Shown here: positions 9,374 to 19,510 of the stretch, piece by piece
Numbering within the stretch: the first letter of the stretch is position 1
Layout: the number at the start of each line of letters is the position of its first letter
Virus record (IMG/VR): IMGVR_UViG_3300002143_000235
Coordinates: 124,001-188,000 of that record
Direction: 5' to 3' (one strand)
Length of the DNA: 64,000 nucleotides
Position numbers and translations under genes: made by a program
The notes under the pieces: model-generated
What the model was told of the DNA's origin: nothing
What the model saw: the letters and a program-made list of their open reading frames with translations, nothing else
The model's database searches: none

Positions 9374-10471
9374 ATGAAGTTATGGTTTCTCTCTGATGCG
9401 CACATTGGTAAGTACAGCGCAGATTCTGATCGCTGGCTAAATCTCATGCGTAATTATTTCTTTGAATTCTTTATTCCTTTGTTGAAGGAGAATGCAAAAC
9501 CAAATGACAAGTTTTTTTTTCTTGGTGATCTTTTTGATAACCGCACATCGATCGATATGCGAGCTCTTACGCTTGCTGTGGAGATCTTTGAAGAACTTGG
9601 TAAGATAATTGAATGTCATGTTCTTTTAGGTAACCACGATCAACGTATGATGAATGATCCAACAATTAATAGTGTTGTTTCAATTCGGAATATTCCAAAT
9701 GTAACCACCTATTCAACGGATTGTGTAATTGATGTTGATGATCATAAAATTCTTATGCTTCCATGGATTCATGGAAAGAATAGTGAGAAAGAAATCATGA
9801 CCAAACACAAGAATTGTGATATTCTTTTGTGCCATTCAGATTTGAATGGTTGTCGAACACAACTATATCCCACTAGACCACTTAATCGTGATATCCTTGA
9901 TATTGATGATTTTGCTGGTTTTGAGCGTGTATACTCTGGACATATTCATATTGTTCAAACAATCAAGAACTTCACCTTTGTTGGAAGCCCGTATCACCTC
10001 GATAGGAATGACGTGGGGAACCGAAAAGGTGTTTGGGTATATGATACTAAGAAGCGTAAAGATGTGTTCATAGAGAACGATTATTCACCTGAATTTATTA
10101 AACACAAGATTCTTCAATCTAATGATATTGTTACTCTTCAGCAATTATTACAAACAAATAATTTTATTGATGTTGAGATCAGTAAGAATTTATTTTTGAA
10201 TGAACCAAATTTACGTTTAGAATTTGATAAACTTAGTAATAAGTTCAGGATTGAGAACATTGATTATATCGATGATATTGAGGTTGAGAAAAACGTTCAG
10301 AAGGAACAATCTTATGTTAAAGGATTGACAATCAAAGAAGCAAGTGAGGCTTGGTGTGATCGTATCAAAATCAATGTTGATACAGAATTATTTACTGAGA
10401 TTGAGTTCAGACACTTGATGAAAGGAACAATTGAAAATTGTTTCAATCTTCTTACTGCGCAAAAGAAATAA
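9374..10471 (+). CDS. Recombination nuclease, gp47/SbcD/Mre11-like metallophosphoesterase
   Basis: SDAHIG, LGDLFD, LGNHD, SGHIH and VGSPY motifs. Confidence 0.9.
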   Translation: MKLWFLSDAHIGKYSADSDRWLNLMRNYFFEFFIPLLKENAKPNDKFFFLGDLFDNRTSIDMRALTLAVEIFEELGKIIECHVLLGNHDQRMMNDPTINSVVSIRNIPNVTTYSTDCVIDVDDHKILMLPWIHGKNSEKEIMTKHKNCDILLCHSDLNGCRTQLYPTRPLNRDILDIDDFAGFERVYSGHIHIVQTIKNFTFVGSPYHLDRNDVGNRKGVWVYDTKKRKDVFIENDYSPEFIKHKILQSNDIVTLQQLLQTNNFIDVEISKNLFLNEPNLRLEFDKLSNKFRIENIDYIDDIEVEKNVQKEQSYVKGLTIKEASEAWCDRIKINVDTELFTEIEFRHLMKGTIENCFNLLTAQKK

Positions 10472-10658
10472 CGGTGCTTTATATATGGAATTTATAAAGG
10501 TATTCTATTTTTCAATATGTAAAATCTATATAATTAAAACACAAAAACATCTTAACTGTGCTCGTGGAATATATAACGTTTCAAGCAGAAAAAAATGTAG
10601 TTTAATTGATGTTGTTTTTGTGTCATAATATAATTATTTTAAAAAAAACTTTTACACT

Positions 10659-10841
10659 ATGCAATCAGAATTGATTAAGAATGAATATCTGTCAGAACAG
10701 GATGTCATCACACTACGTGAATCTTTTGTTCGTAATTATTGCGAACAAAAAAATTGGGACAAGAATAACCTAGATTTTGAACAGGTACTTGAAATCCGCT
10801 CACATAATGAATGGAAAGCACCTGGAATGCTTAAGGGATAA
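10659..10841 (+). CDS. Small hypothetical protein
   Basis: 60-aa ORF followed by a terminator at about 10874-10897. Confidence 0.65.
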   Translation: MQSELIKNEYLSEQDVITLRESFVRNYCEQKNWDKNNLDFEQVLEIRSHNEWKAPGMLKG

Positions 10842-10968
10842 ATTCCATTCAAACATATTTATTTAATAGTACTAAGCCCGTGTAATACGGGCTTTTTATT
10901 TTTAAGTAGTTTGCATTACGTATCTATTTATTTACTATATTTGTCACAACAACATTAAAGAAATAATT

Positions 10969-12243
10969 ATGGCTGAATACTTTGCATTGTGCATTCCAAT
11001 TTTTCTTGGTCTTATTGCATTTTTTCTATTTAACACAAGAGTTACTATTGGTGAAGTGATTCTTCCGACTGTTGCTTGTATGCTACTGATTTTTACAATG
11101 AAAGGTTGTAGTACATCTTACAATACATCGGATACTGAATACCATACAAACAAAGCTTACAAAGTTGTGTATGAAGAAGATTGGAATGAATACATTGAAA
11201 AAACGTGTACTAAAACAGTTTGTACAGGCTCTGGAAAGGATGAAAAGTGTCATACTGAAACATACGACTGTTCATATGTAGATTATCATCCAGCAACATA
11301 TACACTTATAGATGATGCTGAAAATTCATACAGTATCAGTCCTTTAGAATTTGAAAAAATTTGTAAAAAATGGCATGATAAGCATTGGGTAAATATGTAT
11401 CGTGATTATCATAATAATGATGGTGACAAATATTATGGTGAATGGAACGGTGATATAAAAACACTTATTACAACACACAGTACACATAGTTACGAAAATC
11501 GTGTACAAGCTGCTCGATCTATTTATAACTATGAAGAACTTACAGAAAAGGATGTAAAAGATAATCGTCTTATTGAATATCCTGATCCTAATGGTTATGA
11601 AATGCCAGCGATTCTTTCAAATGATGTGAAATTTCCAAAGTGGAAGCAAGATGAATTAAATCGAATCAATGGTATTTTAGGTGCAAAAAAACAAGTGCAA
11701 GTATTTCTACTTGTATGGAAAAATATGCCGAGTGATGTTGCCGAGATGCAAAAAGCTTACTGGAAAGGTGGAAATAAAAATGAACTTGTTATCTGTGTGG
11801 GTGTTGATAAAAATGAAAACATTGTATGGAATAATGTATTTACATGGTCTGAAAAAGATATTGTAAAAATCAAAATTCGTGATTATTTATTGGATGAACG
11901 TGGAAAGAAATTAAATATTAAAGGTTTAAGTAAATTTACAGAAACAGTTATTGTTAAGGATTGGAAACGTAAACAATTTAAAGATTTTGCATATTTGCAT
12001 ATTGAACTTACACGTGGACAAGTTATTTGGATTTATATCATGACAACAATTGTATCTATTGGACTTACAATTTTTATAGTTGTTAATGGATATAACCCAG
12101 TTTATACTGTATCAAAGTTCAGTACTGATAAGATCAAACAATTCTTCAAAAATCTTGTATATAAGTTGCGTGTATTTTTTATAAACATTTGGACAAAAGT
12201 TGTTAAACTATATTCCAAAATACTAGCACACTTTAAAAAATAA
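10969..12243 (+). CDS. Membrane protein with large extracytoplasmic domain
   Basis: Two N-terminal and one C-terminal TM segments, YWKGGNKNELVICVG, and a host-type promoter at 10936. Confidence 0.75.
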   Translation: MAEYFALCIPIFLGLIAFFLFNTRVTIGEVILPTVACMLLIFTMKGCSTSYNTSDTEYHTNKAYKVVYEEDWNEYIEKTCTKTVCTGSGKDEKCHTETYDCSYVDYHPATYTLIDDAENSYSISPLEFEKICKKWHDKHWVNMYRDYHNNDGDKYYGEWNGDIKTLITTHSTHSYENRVQAARSIYNYEELTEKDVKDNRLIEYPDPNGYEMPAILSNDVKFPKWKQDELNRINGILGAKKQVQVFLLVWKNMPSDVAEMQKAYWKGGNKNELVICVGVDKNENIVWNNVFTWSEKDIVKIKIRDYLLDERGKKLNIKGLSKFTETVIVKDWKRKQFKDFAYLHIELTRGQVIWIYIMTTIVSIGLTIFIVVNGYNPVYTVSKFSTDKIKQFFKNLVYKLRVFFINIWTKVVKLYSKILAHFKK

Positions 12244-12253
12244 TTATTACTGC

Positions 12254-12712
12254 ATGTTATTAGACGGATTAGAAAAAGCATACAATAGTGCCATAATTAA
12301 AGGATGGGATAAAATTTATATTGCGGTTGATATTCACGATACAATTGTTCATGGAAACTATGTCGCTGATGTATTACCAACAGAGTTTCTGTTTAGAGCA
12401 AAAGAAACGTTAAAGTATCTATCAAAACGTACTGATGTATGTCTTATCTTGTACACATGTTCACACCCACATGAAATTGTTAAATACCAAGAGTTTTTTT
12501 CAAAACATGATATAAATTTTCAGTATGCAAACTGTAATCCAGAAGTTCCAAATAATGCACTAGGTTGCTATACAGATAAACTATATTTTAATCTATTGCT
12601 TGATGACAAAGCCGGATTTATTGAAGACGATTGGTTGATAATATTCAATTTTTTTAAATCAAAACAACTTCTTGTTAAATCTATAGACAAACGAGAAAAT
12701 AAAACTAATTAA
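12254..12712 (+). CDS. HAD-superfamily phosphatase-like protein
   Basis: IAVDIHDTI, LILYTCS and LLLDDKAG. Confidence 0.75.
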   Translation: MLLDGLEKAYNSAIIKGWDKIYIAVDIHDTIVHGNYVADVLPTEFLFRAKETLKYLSKRTDVCLILYTCSHPHEIVKYQEFFSKHDINFQYANCNPEVPNNALGCYTDKLYFNLLLDDKAGFIEDDWLIIFNFFKSKQLLVKSIDKRENKTN

Positions 12713-12714
12713 TA

Positions 12715-13329
12715 ATGAAAATAGCATTTCACAATTTCTTAAATAGACAGTTTGAAAAAACAGCATCAGGTACAAGATTACACAACAAAGACAGAGCGGA
12801 GTATATGACACTTTTTAATAAAGCTGCACAGTTCCCTGGTAATGTATTTACATCAGACAATGATTTCTGCAAGTACGTTATTATTGAAAATCCTTTTGAA
12901 GATATAAAATCTCCAGTCATGCCGCTGACTCTTGATCTATATCCATTTATTCGAACATCTTATTCTGCACGAGTTGAAGGAGAATTACCAGTACTTACAC
13001 GATTTGTACAACTTCCTCCAGGTTTTGATCTTCCAAAGGCTAATTATCTAGTAGGTATTATTTATACTACTGAACATTTAGAAAAAGAACATGAAGCGAA
13101 TTTATATTATGAAGGTGAAAAATTTCGAGATTTTATGGATACGAGTGCTGACTACGGTTTAATTTGTGTATTAGGTACAGTAAATGCTGAAGCCGATCCT
13201 TATGTACCAGTTACAATTATGCGAAATGCGCTTGGAATGTCAGAAGGTGGAAATGGTGTAAAACTAGACCGTGAAATGTACATGAAAAGTGTTGAATTCT
13301 GGTCAAAAAATATTATGGTCGGAAATTAA
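12715..13329 (+). CDS. DUF3228-like protein
   Basis: YSAR...ELPVLTRF and PVTIMRNALG.SEGG.GVKLDRE.Y.KSVEFW. Confidence 0.75.
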   Translation: MKIAFHNFLNRQFEKTASGTRLHNKDRAEYMTLFNKAAQFPGNVFTSDNDFCKYVIIENPFEDIKSPVMPLTLDLYPFIRTSYSARVEGELPVLTRFVQLPPGFDLPKANYLVGIIYTTEHLEKEHEANLYYEGEKFRDFMDTSADYGLICVLGTVNAEADPYVPVTIMRNALGMSEGGNGVKLDREMYMKSVEFWSKNIMVGN

Positions 13330-13504
13330 ATAAATAAGTTTTTTAGAAAAAAGGATCAACATTGTTGATCCTTTTTTTTCATTATATGTAAATAAAAAAA
13401 ACAGTACTATATCTAAAGATAAGTTTATTAATAAAAACATTGAAAGTGCTTATTTTATTAACACTGTGATGATATATAATGTAAATTAATAAGGAAAAAT
13501 ACTC

Positions 13505-14131
13505 ATGACATTTGGATTAGTAGAAATAATGACTGGTATAGGTGGATTTCTTACTATTTACATTATTAATAATGCACGTCTTAAAGAAGGTATTACTGAT
13601 TGGGTTTTAGGTGTATTTGGACGAAATACATACGATATAACTGATCATAATGTTCGTGAACAGCTTAAAGCACTCAAATTTGATTCAATACTTAATGAAT
13701 TTGATAATAAGATTAAGACTGATCTTTATCATTATTATGTTGAAACAGTTTTAAATACTATGCATGATCTTGTAAGTGATATATTAGATAATCAAAAGAA
13801 AATGAATTTTTCGGCACTTAAGGCACATGTTAAAAATAATATGTACGATAGATTATCTAGTATAGATATAGAAATTGATAAACATGTTTCTATGCCTGAT
13901 CAATTACAAGAAAAATTTGACAAGTTTAGAAACTATTTGACAAAACAACATACGTATTCGATTGATAATGCTCTACATGCATCAAATAAAAAGTTACTTC
14001 TTGTTCAAGTTTTAGATGCTATTGAAAATAATAGTCGTTGGTTTCTTTTTTACACTACTGAGATGATGGAAAATTTTAACGGTCACTTTGATGCTTTATC
14101 ACGTAGTGATGTTTTCATTAAACAAAATTAA
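13505..14131 (+). CDS. Hypothetical protein with N-terminal TM segment
   Basis: GATATATAA motif upstream at 13471. Confidence 0.7.
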   Translation: MTFGLVEIMTGIGGFLTIYIINNARLKEGITDWVLGVFGRNTYDITDHNVREQLKALKFDSILNEFDNKIKTDLYHYYVETVLNTMHDLVSDILDNQKKMNFSALKAHVKNNMYDRLSSIDIEIDKHVSMPDQLQEKFDKFRNYLTKQHTYSIDNALHASNKKLLLVQVLDAIENNSRWFLFYTTEMMENFNGHFDALSRSDVFIKQN

Positions 14132-14151
14132 TTCTTTGCGTTATAATACGC

Positions 14152-14655
14152 ATGATACCTACGTACAAAGAAATTAGATTATTAGCAAATAATATTCAGC
14201 AACAAGCACATACACTTGCTACATTACGCGGTGTAAAATTCGCGCGTGCTTTGAGTATAAATATTGCAGTTATAGGACGTATTATTGATTTTCTTGATAA
14301 TCTTAAAAGACCACTACCAGAATATATTGAATACAATAATCAAAGAATAGCAATATGTAAACTATTTTGTAAACGCTCCAATGATGGTGTGTTACAACAT
14401 CTTGTTGTTGAAGGTAAAAATTTATTTGATGTGGATATTGATGATCCAGTATTTATAAAAGAAATGAATGATTTATACTCTAAATACGGTGAAGATATTC
14501 ATCGTCAAAAAAATCAAGATAGTATTTATAATATGGTAGTTAATAATGAAATAGGTCAAGAATGGATTGATCAATTTGTTAAGATAAAAGAGGAATGGAT
14601 TGATGAAAATATTACAGTTCAACAGATGGAACTGATAATGTATTTTATAGAATGA
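14152..14655 (+). CDS. Hypothetical protein
   Basis: AAAC-N18-TATA at 14120-14145. Confidence 0.7.
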   Translation: MIPTYKEIRLLANNIQQQAHTLATLRGVKFARALSINIAVIGRIIDFLDNLKRPLPEYIEYNNQRIAICKLFCKRSNDGVLQHLVVEGKNLFDVDIDDPVFIKEMNDLYSKYGEDIHRQKNQDSIYNMVVNNEIGQEWIDQFVKIKEEWIDENITVQQMELIMYFIE

Positions 14656-14682
14656 AAAAGGGTATCAAATTGATACCCTTTT
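14655..14682. terminator. Bidirectional terminator
   Basis: AAAAAGGGTATCAA-A-TTGATACCCTTTT between convergent genes. Confidence 0.8.
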
Positions 14683-14683
14683 C

Positions 14684-14995
14684 TTATTTTCTGTTTTTGA
14701 ATTGTTCAAATGTTGGAAATTCAAGTGATTCATTCTCTGTTTCATCTTCAAGTGTTGAATCATCTTCACCTTCTGTATCTGTTTCTAATTCATCTTCAGT
14801 CCCAGTTGCATCAGCATTAACATCTTCAGCTGTTTCCATTCCTGGATCTTCAACTTCAGGTTCTGGTGTTCCTTCTAGTGTTTGAGTGTATGTATTGTTA
14901 GCAAGCTCCTTACCAGAAGCGTCCAAAACTTTAACTGACATCTCTGCTTCATTTGTATTGATTTCAATATCAAAACCATTAATTTGAATCTTCAT
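14684..14995 (-). CDS. Acidic hypothetical protein (possible virion internal protein)
   Basis: Start MKIQING. E/D-rich and ends FPTFEQFK. ATATATA motif upstream. Confidence 0.7.
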   Translation of the reverse strand: MKIQINGFDIEINTNEAEMSVKVLDASGKELANNTYTQTLEGTPEPEVEDPGMETAEDVNADATGTEDELETDTEGEDDSTLEDETENESLEFPTFEQFKNRK

Positions 14996-15043
14996 AATAA
15001 GACGTTTATTTTTATATATCAAAATTTTTAGTATATTTGTAAC

Positions 15044-15424
15044 ATGAATAACAAATATTGGTGGACGCCTGAAGAAAAGGGGCTTACACCAGAACAGATT
15101 GATATAAAAGTTGAAGAACTCTGGCAAAAAAGTCTTGCTGAAGTTACACATTGTTGTCCAGATTGTATTGTTAGTCCCGGTGAAGCTCATGAATTTCTGT
15201 GTGACGTTGCAAGATGTATGTCATGTAAAGGACAAGCATTAAGTTGTGGTTGTGAAGATATTGGTGAAGATATTTGGACTGGTTTATGGCCAGGAATTAA
15301 AGAGTGTTACGAATTAAAACTTATTTGTTGGTCTGATCCAAATCGTATTGGTGGAACAGATTGGACTTTTGATTTGAATACACTTGCTGAAATAAATGCT
15401 AGAAAGAAATGGACAAAAGATTAG
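15044..15424 (+). CDS. Cys-rich hypothetical protein
   Basis: CPDC...H...CDVARCMSC.GQ.LSCGC. Host-type promoter at 15032. Confidence 0.7.
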   Translation: MNNKYWWTPEEKGLTPEQIDIKVEELWQKSLAEVTHCCPDCIVSPGEAHEFLCDVARCMSCKGQALSCGCEDIGEDIWTGLWPGIKECYELKLICWSDPNRIGGTDWTFDLNTLAEINARKKWTKD

Positions 15425-15951
15425 AACGAGTATCACGACATATGTCTAAATTACTTAGACATGATAGTGAAGGCCTTGTAATGGATAATGAAGGTTGGAT
15501 ACAGTGTAGTGATTTATGTAAGCATACAAACATTACATTAACAGAACTTCGTGATATTGTATCATCAAATGATAAGAAACGATTTGCATTTGATAAGTAT
15601 GAACAACGAATTCGTGCATCACAAGGTCACTCGAAAGGTATGAATATTGATATTACAATGCCATGTATAACACTAGTTCAACAAGATTTTCCAATATATC
15701 ATGGCACATCTATGTCTATTGCACAGAAAATTATAGGAACATCAATCCTACCAGGTGAACATATTTATGTACACTGAACAAAAAATCTTACTTTGGCATG
15801 GAAACGTGCTAGACAGCGTGATCGCGACAATCCAGCTCTGGTTGTTCTTGATGTAAAAAAATACCTAGCTGACGGAAATGTACTTTATATTTCTGAAAAT
15901 GAAGTGTATCATACAGGAGAAGTAGATGGAAAATATTTACGTATTGAATAA
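15409..15951 (+). pseudogene. kptA: Tpt1/KptA RNA 2'-phosphotransferase interrupted by in-frame TGA (15775-15777)
   Basis: SKLLRHD, DKKRF, IRASQGHS, IYHGT and YVH*. The same frame continues ...VLYISENEVYHTGEVDGKYL to TAA at 15951. Confidence 0.85.
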
Positions 15952-16020
15952 TTTTTTAATAATTTGCACAACCTATTCATTTTTTATCTATATTTGTAAG
16001 GTAAATTAAAAATAAAAAAT

Positions 16021-16758
16021 ATGACTGAAGTATTTATAACATCTTCGACATCCTACCGCATTGTAAAAAACGGTATTGAAATTTTTGAAACAAAAAACGC
16101 TCTTGCATCAATGAATGATGTATTAAATACACTTGGTTTAAATGCAGACGAAGTTTCAATTTTTTCAGGAGATGGTAATTTTGCACAAGAACATTCAATT
16201 ACGGGTATTGGTGCCTATCGTGAAATTTTAACAAATTACGATGCAAACGAAGACGAAACTCAAAGTGTTGACGAAATCATTGCTGAGATGAACGGCGGAA
16301 TGAAAGCACGTAATGCTGATCGTTATCGTCACATTGTAACACAAGAAACACCTACAGTTGAAGACGAAGAAGAAACGGTAACAGATAAACAATCTGAATC
16401 AAATCAACACGTACCAGTGGGAGCTGTTGAACGTCCAGAAATTGGTAATCTTATTTACATTGATGGAATGAAGAGTATTCTTCGTACAATTCTTGGTGGT
16501 GTTGCGACAGTATCTGCAGTTCATGATACAAATACTTATGTTCCAAACGGTGAATCGGATTCTTATATTGACGATCAATACGATGAAGAAGACTATAATG
16601 GTAATTACAGCGGTGAAGAAGATATTGAAACCACTGAGGCTAATATTATGGTTGAGATTGAAGAGTTCCCCGGAATATACTTCTCTTGGTCAATGTTACG
16701 TGCACGTCAAGAAGAACTTGCAGCACAGTACGGTTACAAACCAGCACAACAATTGTAA
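16021..16758 (+). CDS. Acidic hypothetical early protein
   Basis: TTTGCA and TATATTTG promoter elements upstream, terminator at about 16771-16803. Confidence 0.75.
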   Translation: MTEVFITSSTSYRIVKNGIEIFETKNALASMNDVLNTLGLNADEVSIFSGDGNFAQEHSITGIGAYREILTNYDANEDETQSVDEIIAEMNGGMKARNADRYRHIVTQETPTVEDEEETVTDKQSESNQHVPVGAVERPEIGNLIYIDGMKSILRTILGGVATVSAVHDTNTYVPNGESDSYIDDQYDEEDYNGNYSGEEDIETTEANIMVEIEEFPGIYFSWSMLRARQEELAAQYGYKPAQQL

Positions 16759-16863
16759 TTATTGATAAAATAAAAAAAACGTTTCAAATTGAAACGTTTT
16801 TTTATTTCGTAATTATTAAACAACTATCATTTTGTGATTTATAATAAAGAAAATAAATTACGT

Positions 16864-17493
16864 ATGGTTTCAGCTCTTACTTCGACTGCAAGACGTCGAA
16901 AGCTACCGCAAGGTTTCACACCGATGATTGTTGAAGAAACAGATTTAAATGCAAATAGCATTTCTGTTTTTGATAAGTTGATGCAGGAACGTATCATATT
17001 TTTAGGTGTAGAAATAGATGATTACATCGCAAATACGATTAATGCTCAATTATTATATTTAAATTCTGAAAGTGCTGATGAACCTATTTGGATGTATATC
17101 AACTCACCGGGCGGAAGTGTTTATTCTGGTCTAGCAATCTATGATACAATGAATATGATTGACGCACCAGTTTACACTTGTGTGATGGGATTAGCTGCTT
17201 CAATGGCATTTATTCTTGCTATTGCTGGTGAGAAGGGTCATAGATATGCTTTACCAAACAGTAAACTAATGTTGCACCAACCACTTGGTGGAATTGATTA
17301 CGCACAAGCTACTGATATTGCAATTCACAACGATGAAATTCAAGATCTTAAAAAAGATATAAACACAATAATTGCTGAACACACTGGTCAATCGATTGCC
17401 AAAGTGAAAAAACTTTCTGAGCGTGATACGTGGATGAAAGCTAGTGATGCATTAGCTTTCGGAGCAATTGATGTAGTGCGAACAAAAAAATAA
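16864..17493 (+). CDS. clpP: ATP-dependent Clp protease proteolytic subunit
   Basis: ERIIFLG, YINSPGG, AASMA (Ser), MLHQP (His) and ERDTWM (Asp). AAAC-N18-TATA at 16818-16843. Confidence 0.95.
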   Translation: MVSALTSTARRRKLPQGFTPMIVEETDLNANSISVFDKLMQERIIFLGVEIDDYIANTINAQLLYLNSESADEPIWMYINSPGGSVYSGLAIYDTMNMIDAPVYTCVMGLAASMAFILAIAGEKGHRYALPNSKLMLHQPLGGIDYAQATDIAIHNDEIQDLKKDINTIIAEHTGQSIAKVKKLSERDTWMKASDALAFGAIDVVRTKK

Positions 17494-17570
17494 TGATACT
17501 GAAATTAAACAATCTTTTCAGATCACTATATAAATACTAACAAAGATACTTCTGATAATTATCAGAGGAT

Positions 17571-17580
17571 GTTCATTGAC
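17571..17580 (+). promoter_or_regulatory. boxA-like antitermination element
   Basis: GTTCATTGAC just before the tmRNA. An identical 10-mer lies at 26131 before the tRNA array. Confidence 0.55.
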
Positions 17581-17584
17581 TTCT

Positions 17585-17963
17585 GGGGGTGACCGATTTT
17601 GATTTGCATTTGATATGTAAATAAGCATGTGGTGATAGTATAATTTCACCTTAAAAAGAATACACAACAATAAACGCAAACACTAAAAATTCTGCAGCTT
17701 TCGCACAGATCGCAGCAGACCTTGGAGCAAATGCAGTTACGACTGTAAACGATACGGCTGATATCGTTGAATTTGCAGCCTAAGGTACTCCGAAAGGACT
17801 TAACACAGCACAAGAGGTTCTGACACGCCTGAACAAATGTGTCAACAAAGTTTTGTATGTCTTCACAAGACATTCTATTTGGTCCGCAAAGAAAAGTGGA
17901 ATAAACATGTAGAAGGTTTATCCTATTGCTGTAAAGATCGGGGTTTGATTCCCCGCACCTCCA
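17585..17963 (+). ncRNA. ssrA: tmRNA
   Basis: 5' GGGGGTG pairs with 3' CACCTCC-A (G3:U70). T-arm CGGGG-TTTGATT-CCCCG and GCATG/CATGT helix. Tag ORF 17676-17783 starts GCA after ATAAAC and ends EFAA*. Confidence 0.93.
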
Positions 17964-17964
17964 C

Positions 17965-17996
17965 AAAAAAGGCTTCAAATTCTTGAAGCCTTTTTT
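17965..17996 (+). terminator. Terminator after tmRNA
   Basis: AAAAAAGGCTTCAA-ATTC-TTGAAGCCTTTTTT. Confidence 0.85.
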
Positions 17997-18036
17997 ATTT
18001 CATAAAATCTCGGTATATTTACTAAAATTGTAAATT

Positions 18037-18744
18037 ATGATTAAATCCAACAATATCAAACGAGCAATAAAGAATATGTTGAACAACATTCATACACATT
18101 TTATATTCAATTCAGGTTTTCGTAAAGTATTTTTTACGTCTATTGTTATGAGTCTTATGTTTCCGCTTATTTGGCTTATGGGTTATAAGGATAGAGATCT
18201 TATTGTTATGGCACAAAGAAATAACATTACTCAACTTAAATCAGATACAATCCGTTTAAAATCAGAAATGATTGCATATGTTGATGACGTGAATGCTTAC
18301 AACGAGTTGACATCAGATCATGATTACATTCGTTACATGGCTTTTAAGCACTCCGATATCATTGTACCTAAGGATTTTAATGCTAGTGACCTTAAAGTGC
18401 TTCACAGGATGTGTAAACGCTTCAATGTTCCTTATTCATATGTCTATCGATTAATTTATAAAGAAAGTAAATTTATTCCTGGACTTGTGTCGAGTGGTGG
18501 TGCACGTGGGTATATGCAATTAATGCCAGCAACATATTTAATTTATAAATCAAAATACATAAAAAAATACAATGATTTTGATACCTACACAGATAATCAG
18601 AAAAATCTTGTTATTGGTACATTCATGATTGCCACAATATATGAAAAATATGGTGATTGGAAAAAGGTATTTGCTTGCTACAATACAGGCAATCCAAAAA
18701 ATACACACCTAGCATATGTAAACTTTATTGTAAAAATAAGATAA
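18037..18744 (+). CDS. Membrane-anchored lytic transglycosylase (SLT domain)
   Basis: IYKESKF, SSGGARGYMQLMPAT and ACYNTG, with an N-terminal TM segment. Confidence 0.85.
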   Translation: MIKSNNIKRAIKNMLNNIHTHFIFNSGFRKVFFTSIVMSLMFPLIWLMGYKDRDLIVMAQRNNITQLKSDTIRLKSEMIAYVDDVNAYNELTSDHDYIRYMAFKHSDIIVPKDFNASDLKVLHRMCKRFNVPYSYVYRLIYKESKFIPGLVSSGGARGYMQLMPATYLIYKSKYIKKYNDFDTYTDNQKNLVIGTFMIATIYEKYGDWKKVFACYNTGNPKNTHLAYVNFIVKIR

Positions 18745-18759
18745 AATAAAAAAGAAGTC

Positions 18760-19053
18760 ATGGCACGATACAAATACAAATTGGATACAGACAAATTATC
18801 AGTAAGTTATAAAATTTTAGTGTTAGTGGTTGGTATTTTATTTATGGCTTCAATAATAACTGGTATTGGTGCGATTATAAGTATTGCCATATCAAGTCAA
18901 ATAACAAATTATTGGTGTATAGTATGTTTTTTTATATCATTATTTTATGTGATTTTAAGAGCAATATCAAAACCATTAATATTTGATACTGATGATGAAA
19001 TAAAAAAAGAATTTAGGAAGATAACTAAAGATGAAAAAGAGACTATATGTTGA
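18760..19053 (+). CDS. Two-TM membrane protein
   Basis: Two hydrophobic helices and a charged tail. Confidence 0.65.
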   Translation: MARYKYKLDTDKLSVSYKILVLVVGILFMASIITGIGAIISIAISSQITNYWCIVCFFISLFYVILRAISKPLIFDTDDEIKKEFRKITKDEKETIC

Positions 19054-19510
19054 TTTAGATGGTGTTTTATGTGATATTGCTGCACAACATGTTACATATA
19101 AAAAACTTTTCCCAACACAACCATATCCACAATCACAATATGGTTTTTTTAGTGGAATGCTTCCTATTAAAGATGGTGTTGAAACTGTCAAACAATTGAT
19201 GAAGTATTTTGATGTATGGATCTGTACTGCACCAAGTTGGAAAAATCCAATGTGTTTAGCAGAAAAAAATATGTGGATTAGACAACATTTTGGAATCGAT
19301 TTTTGTGAAAAAATTATTATTACATCAGATAAATCATTATGTATTGGTGATTATCTTATTGATGATAATCTTGAAGGTCGTGGACAGGATAGATTTATGG
19401 GTGAATTAATTCATTTTGGTTCACAAATTTTTTTTACGTGGCAAGATGTTTACAACTATCTAATTAAAAAAGAATCAATTAAATTTCCTATTTTACAGAT
19501 CAATGGCTGA
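19031..19510 (+). CDS. 5'(3')-deoxyribonucleotidase (NT5C-like HAD)
   Basis: YVDLDGVLCD, EKNMWIRQHFG and GDYLIDD. Confidence 0.85.
   Translation: MKKRLYVDLDGVLCDIAAQHVTYKKLFPTQPYPQSQYGFFSGMLPIKDGVETVKQLMKYFDVWICTAPSWKNPMCLAEKNMWIRQHFGIDFCEKIIITSDKSLCIGDYLIDDNLEGRGQDRFMGELIHFGSQIFFTWQDVYNYLIKKESIKFPILQING

Noticed and set aside
14652-14885. Ser-rich plus-strand ORF
   Set aside because: It is an antisense shadow of the acidic minus-strand gene and crosses a terminator.
15775-15777. Genome-wide TGA or TAG recoding
   Set aside because: Many intact genes end in TGA or TAG (for example 33360, 36375, 46547, 54269), and coding density is high under code 11.
17646-17978. 110-aa minus-strand ORF
   Set aside because: It is an antisense shadow of the tmRNA.
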